Positions 10,884 through 23,829 of a stretch of 64,000 nt of DNA are shown one piece after another (position 1 is the stretch's first letter; each line of letters begins with the position of its first letter). The notes below the pieces were generated by a model that ran no database searches, was not told the origin of the DNA, and was given only the letters and a program-made list of their open reading frames with translations. Origin of the DNA: Marsupella aquatica (Eukaryota > Plantae > Marchantiophyta). Location: the NCBI GenBank assembly GCA_973895155.1, contig OZ316899.1:16643974-16707973 (forward strand), given 5' to 3'. The position numbers and the translations under genes were made by a program.

Positions 10884-13800
10884 GTGGCAGAGCCGGCAGG
10901 ATCCACAACGCCGTCTATCATTGGCAAGCAATTAAATACCAAGGTATCGACATACAAGCCGATTACGAGGGCAGAACAAATTGAGGCCCTATTAGAAGTC
11001 GGGAGAGCACAGCGGCCTGACCCTCAGGAGGAAGAGGTGGAAGAGGTGGAAGAGATGCACAGACACAATCCAGAGCCGAGGCAGGAAGGGAAGCCGACTA
11101 CCAATTCAAAACCGAATAGACCGGCAAGGAGACAATCTGTGGGCACCAAGGGAGAAACCGACTCGGCTAGTACAGCCGAGATTCCAGTTTATGGAGGTAT
11201 GAGACTGGAGAGGCTGGAAGCCGAGCTGGACCCGAATTTGAAGAAGCAGATTAATATGATCCAAGCACGGCAATATCGGAAGCTCGACTTAGGAGAAGGA
11301 AGGGAACTGAACTTAGGGAGAGACCTAGCACCTGAGCTTGAGAAAGAGATCAATGACTTACTGATTGAATTTCAGGATGTGTTTGCATGGAGTCACCAAG
11401 ATCTAAAGGGAGTAGATCCAACAGTAGGGGAACATTGAATTGATCTCATGTTAGGAGCCAAATCATTCAGACAACCAATTCGAAGGATGAATCCTAAGTA
11501 TTCCCTGATGGTCAAAACAGAAATCGACAAATTAGTGGAAGCCGGATTCATCACTCCAGTCTTGCATTCAGACTGGGTGTCTCCAATTGTGATAGTACCT
11601 AAGAAAGCTGGACCCGATGGTCAACCCAAGATCCGTGTTTGTCAGGATTACAGAAAGTTGAATGAGGCTACGTTGAAAGATCATTTTCCTTTACCCTTTA
11701 CTGATATGGTGTTAGACATGGTAGCCAGTCATGAACTATATTCATTCATGGATGGGTACTCTGGTTATAACCAAATCAGGATTAGGCAGGAGGACCAAAT
11801 CAAGACGGCCTTCATCACGGAATGGGGGATCTATGTCTTCAATCGTATGCCGTTTGGACTCTGTAACGCACCAGCTATGTTTCAACGATTGATGGTGAAC
11901 ATTTTCCATGATTACTTGAGAAAGTTCATGGAAATCTTCATTGATGACTTTGCAGTATTCGGGAAGGCATCAAAGCATGCTAAATACCTAAGGAAGACCT
12001 TCATGAGATGCAGAGAGGTAGGTCTCAAGTTACATCCAGATAAATGTTTCTTTGGGGTAACAGAGGGTGTGCTACTAGGTCACAAGGTATCAAAGAAGGG
12101 CATCGAGATTGACAAAGGTAAGCTAGCAGTATGGCTTGACATCATGCAACCTAAGAACATAAAGGATGTAAGATCCTTCTTGGGTTGCATTGGGTATTAT
12201 CGCCGGTTTATTAAAGATTTTGCCAAACTAGCTTTACCATTAACCAACATGCTCAAGGCAGGCGCAGACTTTGAACCCACACCAGAAAGAGTAACAGCTG
12301 TGGTGGAATTAAAGCAAAAGTTAGTGGAAGCCCCAGTCATGATAGCACCAGACTGGAACAAGGAATTTCATGTCTTTGTAGATGTCTCAAGCTTCTGTAT
12401 CAGCTCAGTACTAAGTCAGTTGGATGAGAAAGGGAGGGACCATCCCATATACTTTGCAAGCCGTTAGCTTGTCGATGCCGAATGGAACTACTCCACCACA
12501 GAAAGAGAAGCATTAGGAGTCATTTATTCATGTAAAAAGTTTAGGCATTATTTGCTAGGGTACAAGGTAATCTTTCATACCGATCATGAAAGTTTGAAGT
12601 ACCTAGTAAATAAGCCGGACCTTACAGGCAGGGTAGCAAGATGGATTTTGCTATTACAGGAGTTTGACTACGAGTTAAAGATCAAACCGGGGAAGCTACA
12701 CGCCAATGCCGACTTCTTTTCAAGGATCACAGGTGAACCTGCCACGGATTGCATCGATGATTCCCCGACGAGGAGCTATTTTTTGTGGAAATAGCTGATA
12801 CATGGTACTCGGAGATTTTGCAATTTCTCAGCACGTCCAGATTACAGCCAGGGCTAACCCGAGAACAAGCCGCAGTCTTTCTGCGGAAGGTCAGACAGTA
12901 TCAGTACATTAAGGGTGTACTACACAGGTATGGAATCAATGGCACTTTTCAAAGGTGTTTAGAAAAGGGAGAGGTAAAACGAGTCTTACGGGCTATGCAT
13001 GGAGAAGAGGCCGGAGGACATTTTGCTCCAGTAACCACTTCTAAAAAGATATTAAATGCCGGTTACTGGTGGCCCACCTTGCACAAGGAAGTCTATCAGT
13101 TCATCAAACAATGTGATCCCTGTCAGCGAGCAGGAGGACCAAGGGCGTCTACAAGACATCCATTGCACCCTATTCTACCTCTGGCACCATTTGAGAAGTG
13201 GGGTATTGATTACATTGGACCGCTGAAACCATTAACCCATCCTCGGAGAAACAAGTATATAATCCTGGCCACGGATTATGCAACTAAGTGGGTGGAGGCC
13301 AGACCGACAACGAAGGATGATGCAATTACTACAGCTCAATTTCTGTATGAGCAGATCTTCACCAGGTATGGAGCACCCCTAGAATTAGTTAGTGATAGAG
13401 GAACCCATTTTCTGAATGATATAATTAGTCGTTTAAATGAGCAGTATTTAGTTAGACATAGGCCTACTACTCCTTACCACCCAAAGGCAAATGGATTGAC
13501 AGAACGAGCCAATGGGATTATAGGAAAGATATTGAACAAGACAGTAGCTCAGAACAAACTCGATTGGGGTGATAAATTGTTTGCTGCTGGTTTTGCTTAC
13601 AATTTAGCCTATAAATCCACCACTGGACATACACCCTTTTTCTTAACCTTTGGACAAGAAGCTCTGGTACCCATGCAACTTGAGATACCGACATTTCAAG
13701 TTACAATTGAGGAAAGAGTCTCAGAGGAGGAAAGCCTGAAAGAGCGAGAATATAGATTAGAAGCTTTAGAGGAGGCAAGAATGATTTCAGCCGAGAGAGT

Positions 13801-14137
13801 AGAATATAGACAGAATACCATGAAGCAGCAGTATGATAAAAAGTTGAAAGTAGTTAGTATTCACACAGGAGATCTTGTATTACTTTATGACAGTAGGTAT
13901 AGTAGGTTTCCAGGGAAGCTTTACACTCGCTGGTTAGGACCTTTCAGGGTATCAAAGAAGTTCCCCAACGGCTCTGTGCAATTGGCCAACATTACCGGAG
14001 AGGTGTACCCAGTTCGTATTCACTACGACCGCCTCAAGAAATACTATATGGACGAAGATGAAGTTGTTCGCGAGGACGCTTCACAATTAAGTGGGGAGCT
14101 ATGTGATGCCAAGCCAGGAATCACTGGGCTAGTTTAA
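10884..14137 (+). pseudogene. pol: Family A pol: reverse transcriptase, RNase H, integrase (a few stops and frameshifts)
   Basis: RT motifs RVCQDYRKLN, MPFGLCNAP and FIDD; RNase H; integrase HHCC and DDE core; WLGPF. RT-RH-INT order, with no chromodomain or additional RNase H seen, indicates a non-chromovirus gypsy. The frame ends 36 nt inside the 3' LTR. Confidence 0.95.
14089..14100 (+). promoter_or_regulatory. Polypurine tract of family A
   Basis: AAGTGGGGAGCT immediately before the TGTGATG LTR start; equivalent tract before 3380. Confidence 0.7.
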
Positions 14138-14216
14138 AGGGAAAAGGGAAGTGTACCCTAGAAACACCTTAGTATAGTTACATAAATAAGGAAAATATAA
14201 ACAATTAAGGGTGACT

Positions 14217-17200
14217 ATGGAACCCGAACTGAGGCCGGAAGTAAGGACGCCAGGGGAGAGAACACGATTAGGGTTAGGGCACGCTAAGTGCCGGCGGCTA
14301 GGGGTAACCAACGGGAGGGAGAACCAGAGGAGGAGAGGGGTAAGGACCGCTCGCGAGGAATAGTAGCTCATTTGCAAGCACGAACTGAGCAGGCGACTAC
14401 GGGCGGCCAACTACTGTCAACTGCTTAGGCAAGCGCTCAGGGTGGGAATAGATACCGACTATCAACTCGAGAAGGGTATGAGCAACGTCAATCAAGCGGC
14501 ACATTTTTGGGGATGCCTGTTCGAACGGGCAACTGAGTACATTGGGACTTACGAGGACGCAGAATCGGAGAGAGCAGCTCGAGAACGGCAGGAGCTCGCC
14601 CGATTGTGGGAGCTGCAAAAAGCTGCCTTCTTAGGACGAGAACTCATCAAGGCTGAATTCCTGTGGACGCCTACTGGCAACGAGCTAGATGACCTGCTGT
14701 TTTGCGAAGACAGAGTCGTCGGCATCCGAGAAGCCATCAAACGCTGCAACGACATACACTGGGAGTTGAAGGGTAGCACGGAGGGGTGGACAAAGGCAAC
14801 CATGCTAGGAGAGACATCCATGACAGCCGAGATGAAGAGGAAGGGGAACAACAACGAAGAGGCCACCCCGACAAAAAGAACGCGGTCGGCGGCACCAAAG
14901 AAGCCAGCAGAACAACAGAGCAGGAGGCAAAGAGAAGCCGAGGAGGAGGAGGTCGACCCCATCAATGCCATTCCAACAAACAATGACACCTGGAAAGGCT
15001 GGGCGGCGACCCTACCGGAGGAAGTGCAATTATACTTTGCACGGGAGGAGGATGCATGCTTTACAGCCATGCAGACCAAGAAGTACCAAGGCTTCATGGC
15101 CGGATCCGGCTTGGAAGCCTTCGTAAGATTACCATGGCTGAAGCCGGAGGTGCTGGACTCAGACTTGTTAGAATTCGTGGGATCATGGGAACCCGAGACC
15201 AATTCCACGAGGGTGTATGGGAAGGATTTCTATCTCACTCCCCGGGTGATTGCTGAAGTGTTTGGCTTGCCGATGGGTAATAAGACCAAGGTTGATACCA
15301 GGAAGACCTTACCTGACAAGGAGTTTCGGTCGTTCCCAGGACCATCAACAAAGAATGGCTTCTTCCGGAACACCTGCACCAACCCGCATATCGGAGAGAT
15401 GATCGATTTCTTGCGGGTGACCATGCACTATAACTTGCCGAGGGTAGAGATCGGCAAGGCTTAGGTCTACCTAGCAGAAAGGCCAGACCCAAGCCGGGAT
15501 TACAACGGGTACCTCCTCAACCAACTGAAGAAGATCTTGAAGGAGGAACAACAGGTGATCGGCGCGGGAAGCGTGTCCCGGCTTGGCTATCACATGCCGC
15601 TATTGTGCCGGTATGCCAGAAGTCAAATCTTTGCCCCAGTACTTCCCCTATCGGCAAGAGCACCGGAGGAGGTCCCGAAGCAGAGGCCGGCACCAGAGAA
15701 GCCCAACCAGCCCGACAGTCCGACAATCGAGCAGGTGTTTAGACCAAGGAAAGAAGACTTGCCGATGCAGCAACAGGCATGCAGAATCTGCTGAAATTGC
15801 TAGAGAAGGAAAGGAGAATGGTTCCGGCAACGGCAACAACAATGGCACCAATACAGAACGCTGCCCCAGAAGCCGACCTAAGCCGGCTTACAAGGGAAAA
15901 CCCCTTTACTGGAGTCAAGGAGAGAGGGAGGCCGGAACACGAGCCGGGAGTCCGGATGTATGTAGGAGCCTCAAGTCCCGAAGCCGAGGAAAAGCAGGCA
16001 GTAGCTCGCGGCCACGACAAGGAGAACAAGAGATCAACATGGAAGCCGGAGGAGGAACCAAGACCGGTGAGAGGTGAAGCCGTGTTCACGACAAAACCAG
16101 GAGAACAGCGGGAGAAGCCGGTAGTCCAAGCCGAGGAGGAGGCAGTAGAGGACTACAGCAATGATGACTCCGGCTACGGGTCGGATCATCATGTTCCAGG
16201 AGTAAGGACCTGTGGCCGGTTCATCCCCACGCTCCCAAGAGTAGTTCAAGGAGACCCAAGCCAGCAGAGCAGCCCCGAGTCTCCCCCACCAGATGTCGCT
16301 CCCCTGAGCTTTGACGGCATAAAACAGACGGCGCAGGAATTTTAGGAGCGAATCAGGGAGGAAGAGGAGGCAGCCCTGGCTAGGGAAAAGGATTTACCAG
16401 GAGGAGAATGGCTAGAGGACATCAGGCGGCTTGCAGAAAAACAAAGCAACCCTCTTGCCACCGTAGAAGAAATCCGCAAGACGGCTTGGGAGCAGAGGCT
16501 ACGATGGTTGATGCCAATGACTTCTAGTTACTCCACCTATGCTAAGGATAGAGCCATGGAGTACGGGGAAATGTGTGGAGAGCTGGCGCTCAGCATCTTT
16601 GGGGAGGAGTTGGAGCAAGGACCCTTTTTCCAGAGGGAGATGTTGGAGAAGCGCCAATTAGAAGAAGCGGTGGCTTTGGAAAGAAGCAAGAAGGATGAGG
16701 TCATCCATCGGCTTAGGGCAAGAGAAGCCAAAATCAAAGACCTGAGGGTGGCCAAGAAAGCCCAAGATGAGCTACGGATTAAGCGGCATGAGCTAAATAT
16801 CATGCAGGGCCAATTGGATACCGCACAGTCTGATAATCGGATTATCGAGAATAAACTGACTCGAACCCAAGGAGAGTTGGCCGATGCGATCAAGGAGCGG
16901 GAGAAGTGGAAGTGAGAGCTGAGGGATGCAGAGGAGGCCCACATAACGGCCAACAACCGGGCCATGGCGGAGACCCAGAGAAGGGAAAGGGCATTGAAGG
17001 GGGAGCTCAAGGTTATCCGCGGAGCCCTTGAGAAGAAGGAGGCCGAGTTAGGGAAATCCTATCAACGGATTATTGCGCTGCAGCAGGAGCTTGCATCCCT
17101 GACGGCCAGCTTCAAAGCCGACCTGCGTGAGAAGGACAATATGCTCGATCAGACTTACGCCAAGATGAACCAGATGGAGTCTTTCATCATTGCAGAGCTC

Positions 17201-17938
17201 GACAAGGAGTTAAGAGCGACCCAGGAGGAGAGAGCTGCATTTAAAAAGGAATTGGAGGAAGCCCAGAAGGAGCTGGAGGAGGCGCGCAAGGACCTGGACG
17301 AAGTGCAGGAGGAGTTGGAGGAAAGCACGCGGAAGCTAGAGAACTTACAACGACAAGCCGACAACCAAACGGAGCGGCTGAAGAAACAAGACGCAGTATT
17401 TAAGTGCTTGACTTCATCAGGGCCAACTCAAATTGAGGCCACTAAGTTACCAGGAGTGGTACTGGCCGAAGGACAAACCGCGCCATTTGCACCAGTGCCG
17501 GAAGTAAGTGAGAAGGGGAAGGGGCCAACTGCCAAACCAAAAAAGAAGAAGAAACGGAAACCTTCAGGGTCAAGGAGTAATACGGCTCCACAGGCCGTGG
17601 TGACCATGGAGGTAAACCCAGCACCGACCTCAGGCAGGATTACGACAGAGGCTCCAACTACCCTAGAAGAAGGGGATGACAAAGCCGAGGCCAGGATACT
17701 CGGTAATGAAGCCGAGGCTGAGGCCGTAGCCGAGGCTGAGGCCGTAGCCGAGGCTGAGGCCGTAGCCGAGGCTGATGTTGAAGCCGATACCGTAGCCGAT
17801 GCCGGGGGTGGACCCAGTCAGGCCGATGGAGAGTTGACTCAGTCAAGGACAGGTAATCTGTCAGAGAACGAACCTACGACAGTGGCTGAGGAGGAAGCAT
17901 TGGGGGCATCCACTGAGGAACAGACACCGCTGCCATGA
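14217..17938 (+). pseudogene. LTR-encoded accessory protein of about 1240 codons: plant-mobile-domain/transposon-protein-like region, long coiled coil, basic NLS-like patch, acidic tail
   Basis: ATG 14217 is in frame with ORF 14442-15464. It continues through 15537-15794, 15779-16345, 16508-16915 and 16964-17938 across single stops that are sense codons in other copies. Motif LLEFVGSW...VYGKDFYLTPRVIAEVFGLPMG; KKKKKRK. Confidence 0.8.
17709..17775 (+). repeat. 18-bp coding tandem repeat (AEAVAE)n
   Basis: GCCGAGGCTGAGGCCGTA about 3.5 times; not expanded in the other LTR copies. Confidence 0.85.
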
Positions 17939-18838
17939 CGGTGGTGGAGGGCCGCTCCTTTCAAGGAGGGCGGACGTGGAGGGAGGAGGCGTGAGTGGGC
18001 AGGGCGGGCTCAGATCTCTAAGTTTAGGATTAGGATCAGGACCAGGAGGCGGCCCTGACACTTAGCTTAGTGGGATTGCGGTTCCACTGGTAAGAGCAAC
18101 ACTTGTACTCCTGCCTCGCTGTACATAGGTAGATTCAGTTAGGTAGATTAGGCTTACGCTGCAAAGAATTAGGCGGATCCACTACCAGGATAAGTACCTG
18201 GGCAGCGGGGAGCTCAGGGCCTCTTCTTTAGCAAGTTTTTAGTTGCACCAGCCGGGCTGGGATCAAGTAGTAAGAAAAGCTCTCGGTTAGTCATACAGTG
18301 ACCCTTGTGTATATTCATGTTTCCTCATGCCTAAGAGCTGAATAGAGTTGGCCTCACGGCTTAGTTCACAGAGCTTGTGTATGAGATGTACTGTTTGTAT
18401 GGCAAGTGCATGGTATGACTCAGTCAGAAGGAGTCATTTTGCTATTTGTGTGTCGCATTAACTTGTGTGAAGAGTGCCCACATCAACTAATAGATGAAGG
18501 AAAGTAAGCAAGGGAGTGAGAGTTGGATGTGTCGAGTTGAGAGAGGTCTTAGCGGCTTAACCAAGCCTATTGGGGATCATTCCGGCGGCGGAATCCAAAT
18601 ATACCTAACAAGAAGGAGGGGAAGACAAGGGAAGGCCTAGATTAGGCCGGCTACGTATCTCATGACCCGATGAAGGATCTGTCCAGTATATGTGTGTAAG
18701 ATGTTAATAGTATTAGTAGAAGGAGGTTAGCAGCGTCCCATGCCACTAAGCCGCTAAGCCTCGCCAAGCGTGAAACCTGCGGGAATCGGCTTGTGAAGGG
18801 GGGTTTCTGGGGTTTAGGGAGCCATGGGACGCACCACA

Positions 18839-19344
18839 GCTGTTCTGGTCCCTGCGTGTTGAGACAAGCTTGGGACAAGCTTTAGGACAAGCTACGCTAT
18901 TTGGGCCATGAGCATGTCCTGAGGTCAGGGCGGTCAGTTAGTGATGGATAGGTACGAGGGGGAACCCGGGCCGCGCCCAAGGAAGGAGCTATCGTGGATG
19001 AACGGTGGGCGTGGGTTCTGGTTCCGGCTTATGGCATCGGGAGGACCTATCGCTGACCTATTTACCAACGTCTGTTGAACTTGAGTTAGGATGCTAGACT
19101 TGGTGAGTTCTATATCCTAAAGGGTTACTTACCGAGGTGTTTGGTTGCTTGTGCAAATAGGGAGGACCGTTGAGTAGCGGTCGTGTTAGAGAGCAAGTGC
19201 GACTTTGTATGGGAGGGGCCATTGGCGGTGCAAGGGGCACTAGTTTACTTGCTCAAGGTATTCCGTGTAGGCGTTCGAGCACCAAGGGCACTTAGGCGTG
19301 AGTGCTGGGATTGGTGAGGGCGCTAGGTGGCAAGGTCCACCACT
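18839..19344 (+). repeat. Family B 5' LTR, 3' part (remainder displaced by the family A insertion)
   Basis: Near-identical to about 47845-48336 and 50360-50868; ends CCACCACT. Confidence 0.9.
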
Positions 19345-19346
19345 TG

Positions 19347-19358
19347 TGGTATGAGAGC
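19347..19358 (+). promoter_or_regulatory. Primer binding site, initiator tRNA-Met type
   Basis: TGGTATGAGAGC (canonical TGGTATCAGAGC, 1 mismatch), 2 nt after the LTR end. Confidence 0.85.
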
Positions 19359-19693
19359 GATTGCTGGCATAGACACCGGGCCGGGGTTGTGCTAAGTCGG
19401 AATCAAAAAATCTTAGCGGATTTTTGCGGGGACGTAGTGCTTCAACTTGCCCGGCGGGTTGACTGCGAGCATGTTTGGTTGCTGGGAACATGGCTAAAAA
19501 CACTTGATCAAAGAGTGGCAAACAGGCTCCCCCCACCAAGGGGAGAGCCCAAGTCCAAGATGAACAGAAGGAGGACGGGTTGACTTCCCTAGACAAACAT
19601 TTTAAGCAGGACAAAGAAGACGCAACGGCCAAACCGTCAACCGCTACGGTGAACACGTCAAGTGCAGAGCATCGTTGACTTAAAGGGAAGGAG

Positions 19694-21623
19694 GTGGCTA
19701 ATCCTTCAGAGGATGGGTCAAATGACGATGACTCCGATGCAGAAGGAAGCGATGACGAGGCTGAAGCCGCAACAGAGGAAGAGGATCAGGACCCAGAGGA
19801 GGAACTGATCCCAGCCTTGAGAGGGTTGAATGCGGAACCAGAGGATGATGTCGAGCCGGACGTCATCGTGGATAATTTGACCAAGCAGAACCAGGATGAC
19901 GCGGGTGATACCTCAGTCCCGGGAGGTCATGGTGCTCGCAAGACGCGGGGGGTATCACCAAAATCCACAAGAGAACCTAAGGACAGGCGGCCCGCAAAGG
20001 AAAGACGGTTGGAGGACCGTCCTCATACAACCCGCAAGGGCCCGGCCGCTGACAACGGTCTGGGTCCATTGACTCAAGACCAACGACTCATCTACGAGCA
20101 GTTGGAACACAACAAGGGGGCCCAAATTAAGTACTTACTTAGTTTGGGTAGTCAGAGTGCATCGCGTCCCGAGGGGGGAATGGTAGTTGGACGGAGTATG
20201 TTCCAAGTGAACCAGCTACCGACTCCTCCAACTTACAATGGGGCCTACGAACAAAGTGGACAAAAGTTCTTGAGTTGGCTCTCCACGATGGAGATTCATC
20301 TCCAAGCGTGCGTTGAGCGTTCCACTTGGGCTACCGCAGCCGCTCCTTACCTGAAGGACTATGCCTTGACTTGGTACAAGTCATGGAAGAAGTCGCGAGA
20401 GGACTCCTCCTTGCCGTTAACTTGGGAAAACCTGGTTGAGGGTCTCCATGCTCATGTCACCATGGAGTACCCGGAACGGCACGCTCATAAATGTGTAACG
20501 GAGATGAGCTTCAGGGGTGATATCCAAAAGTTCATCAGTTATTACCAGAATCAGCTGGCGTGTATCCCGGCGGGACAAGAGACCCTACATACACAGCTTC
20601 ACAACTTTATCGTGAAGCTCCCGCCGTTGCTCAGGGAAAAGTTGCAGGAAAAGCGTCATGAGTTCAAAACGCTTTCTGACGCCTTCGACAAGGCCACTAC
20701 GTTAGTGAATAACCGTCCAGACTTGGCGAAGGTGGGTGGCAAGGGATCCAAGGGGGAAGCTGGGAAAGCAAAAGGTCCCGGGAATAAGCGTAAGCAACCT
20801 GAGGGGGCGGGGGCCAGTGGTTTGGATCCCCAGCCCCAGAATGGAGAAGCTAAGCAAAACCGGAAGGCCAACAACTTTAAGAAAGGAGCCTCATCAGCAT
20901 AGAAAGCAAAGAAGCAGGCAACCATGGAGCAGAGTCAGGCTGAAGGTTCGTGCTTCACATACATGTGGTGCCATGGGCTATCAAAGTAAGGATTGTTCCA
21001 CGAAAGGTGGCAAACCAGGTGGAGGGCAGAAAAGCATTAAGGTAAGTATCGCTCTAACCGAACCCTTAGTAGCTGACAAGGTCCCTATAGGGGATGTCCC
21101 TGACGGAGAGAGGGTGTTGTTGCGAGAGAAGATACCTAAAGTTAAGACAATGGATCCTGAAAAACTGATTTTTGTGAATGTCACTTCTAACGGTAATCTG
21201 GGTGTTGCTTTGGTGGATACAGGCGCAACCACCTGCTTCATAAGTGGGCAGGCGGCAACTTGTCTTGGGGTGGACGTGCTAGAGTTGCTACAACCGTTAG
21301 TGTGCAAGTTTGTCAACGACACGAAAGGGATAGTGTCGAGGGTAGTGCATAGACTTCGGGTAGAGGTCATAGGCAAACAACAAAATTTTGTTACTCAAGA
21401 GATGTTCTACGTTCTAGACGGTCTAGCCGTAGACTTCATTTTGTCGGTAGGTTATCTCAGAAAGCACAATGTTACCTTGAAACCGGGGGGTGAGGTGCTC
21501 CATTTTCCCAATAAGGGCGGTGAGCCCATCGTTGTACACGAAATTACCGAAAATAAAGAAAGATTTCTTAAAGTAAGTAAAGTGTCATGGATGTCTCCGT
21601 GTGTATCGGCGAAGCAATGGTGA
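19694..21623 (+). pseudogene. gag: Family B gag and aspartic protease
   Basis: Gag motifs PPTYNG...FLSWL and LKDYALTWY; degenerate knuckle HTCGAMGYQSKDC; protease LVDTGATTCFI. Frame is broken near 20900. Confidence 0.85.
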
Positions 21624-21638
21624 AAAGACTTCAAGGAT

Positions 21639-23829
21639 GTGGAATACCAATGGACAAAGGAGAGACAACACGCCTTCGAGAAACTCAAGAGCAAACTTAC
21701 TTCCGCACCTATCTTAATTCCACCTGACTGGAATAAAGATTTCCATGTATACATTGATGTGTCAGCATTTTGTATAGGAGCGGTCCTAAGCCAACAAGAT
21801 GACAATAAGGACCATCCTATTTATTATGCCAGCCGACAAATGAATGCGGCAGAGAAGAACTATTCAGTAACTGAACGAGAAGCCTTGGGAGTGGTTTTTT
21901 CTTGCAAAACATTCAGGCATTACCTCCTGGGGTATAAAACTATCTTCCACTCCGACCACTCTTCTCTTAAGTACTTAGTGAACCAACCAGATTTATCCGG
22001 ACAAATTGCTCGTTGGGTATTGTTGTTACAAGAATTTGATTTTGAGGTGGTAGTTAGACCGGGCCAACATCATGAAAATGCAGACTATTTATCTAGACTC
22101 CTCGGTCCAGAAAGTTCCACTCCCTTGACAGATGTATTTCCGGATGAGCACCTATGGCATATAGAAGGATCTGAATCCTTATACTTTGATATAGTCCAGG
22201 CCTTGCTCACGGGCACACTTCCTAAGAATCTCAGCCTCGAGCAACAAGCTGTTTTTATCCACAAGATTTCCCCTTACACTTTGCAAAATGGGATCTTGTA
22301 TAAACTCACCCCTGACCAGAAATTGAAACAATGTCTAGAAACCAAAGAAATCTCTCGAGTTATTTAAGCTATGCACACCGAAGAAGCGGGTATAGCGACG
22401 GAGACAGGAAACAGGTAAACAATATTTTTTTTTCCTGTTTTTAAAATGCTGTTACCAGGAAAAAATCACTATTACCAGGAAAAATGACAATTTAAAAATG
22501 TCTCCTAAAACATGTTATTTCCAAAAAAATTAGCAATGCAACATTTTTGGCTAGCTTTGGGCGCTACTATTAGCAGCGCCGGGCGCTAGCAAAAAAAACT
22601 GGTCGACCGGAAAAAAACACTTTTTTTTTCAAAAAAAAAAAAATTCAAAAAAAAAATTCAAAAAAAAAATTCAAAAAAAATTCCACCCATTTTCCTGTTA
22701 CCAGTTTTTTTTCTTGTTACCAGTTTCTATTATTAAATCCTGTTTCCTGTTTGCTGTCTTTTGTAAACACCTCGAAGAAGCTAGAGGGCATTATGCAATG
22801 AATATGACTGTCAAGAAGATTCAAGCGGCCGGATACTGGTGGCCGACTATGCATAGGGACACCTATCAGTATATCAAAGCTTGTGATCCTTGCCAAAGGT
22901 ATGGCAGACCATCTTCCTCTTCTCATTGGCCACTAACCCCAATTCTACCATTGGCACCTTTTGAAAAATGGGGAATTGACTTCATAGGCCCTATCCAACC
23001 TGCTGCCGCTCGGACACGGGCTCGATACATTATCTTAGCAACCGACTATGCCACAAAATGGGTTGAAGCTCGAGCGACTAAGAAAAATGATGCAGCAACA
23101 GCCGCCAAGTTTTTATTTGAAGACATCATCACCCGGTTTGGATGCCCATTGGAATTGGTCAGCGATTGAGGTTTGCATTTTCTTAACCAAACTATTCAAC
23201 ATATCACTAACTTATATTTAATCAAGCACAGGAAAACAACTCCCTATAATCCCAAAGCAAATGGATTAACGGAGAGGGCAAATGGGCTAATGGGGCGAAT
23301 CTTAACCAAGATTGTGTCCGCACACAAAACTGACTGGGACCAAAAACTCCATTTTGCCTTATGGGCATATCGAACAGCAGAGAAGATCACAACTAAACAC
23401 ACACCTTTTTACTTGGTATATGGCTTAGCAAGTATTGTGCCCATTGAGTTTGATCATCCTACCCACCGAATTAGTTCCATTAATAGATTAAACATCAAAA
23501 CCAGTCAAGATCTCAGGCTTCCTGCTTTGGAAAAATTGGAAGAGGATAGATACCTTGCCTTAACCGAAACAAATAAGCAGCAGCAAATGAGAACTGTTCG
23601 TTACAATCGGAAGATGAAGAAAGTCGATATAGAACCAGGGAATTATGTCTTATTATATGATAATCGGCACATGGTTTTCCCGGGGAAGTTGCATACTCGG
23701 TGGTTAGGGCCATACTTGGTGAAAGAAGTCTTTCCCAATGGATCACTGCAGTTAACAGATTTAGAGGGTGAAGATTTACCTACTAGGGTAAATGGCTCTA
23801 GGGTCAAGAAATATCACATGCCACCTTAA
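21639..23829 (+). pseudogene. pol: Family C pol fragment (RNase H and integrase)
   Basis: ORFs 21639-22367, 22714-23169 and 23173-23829 with YSVTEREALG, WGIDFIGP, PKANGLTER and WLGPY. Confidence 0.92.
22388..22772. mobile_element. Non-autonomous MITE-like insertion (possibly Mutator-type)
   Basis: AT-rich 385-bp insert flanked by the direct repeat CGAAGAAGC (22379-22387 and 22773-22781). Imperfect inverted ends share ACAGGAAACAGG. It interrupts MHTEEA|RGHY of the integrase. Confidence 0.8.

Larger units (their letters stand above)
14102..18838 (+). repeat. Family A LTR copy 2 (4737 bp, 3' LTR)
   Basis: TGTGATGCC...GCACCACA. Same two termini as the TSD-flanked solo copies at 5037-6475 and 58055-62757. 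Family B LTR sequence resumes at 18839. Confidence 0.92.

Noticed and set aside
11448-14137. Tat/Ogre assignment
   Set aside because: No additional archaeal-type RNase H is visible, so it is left as a non-chromovirus gypsy.
14549-15208. Conserved antisense ORF (also 5273-5839 and 61624-62073)
   Set aside because: It is a shadow of the sense ORF with Ser/Phe-rich composition, and its recurrence is explained by the copies being homologous.
14217-17938. Envelope (env) gene
   Set aside because: No signal peptide or transmembrane segment is evident; the protein is charged and coiled-coil with an NLS-like patch.
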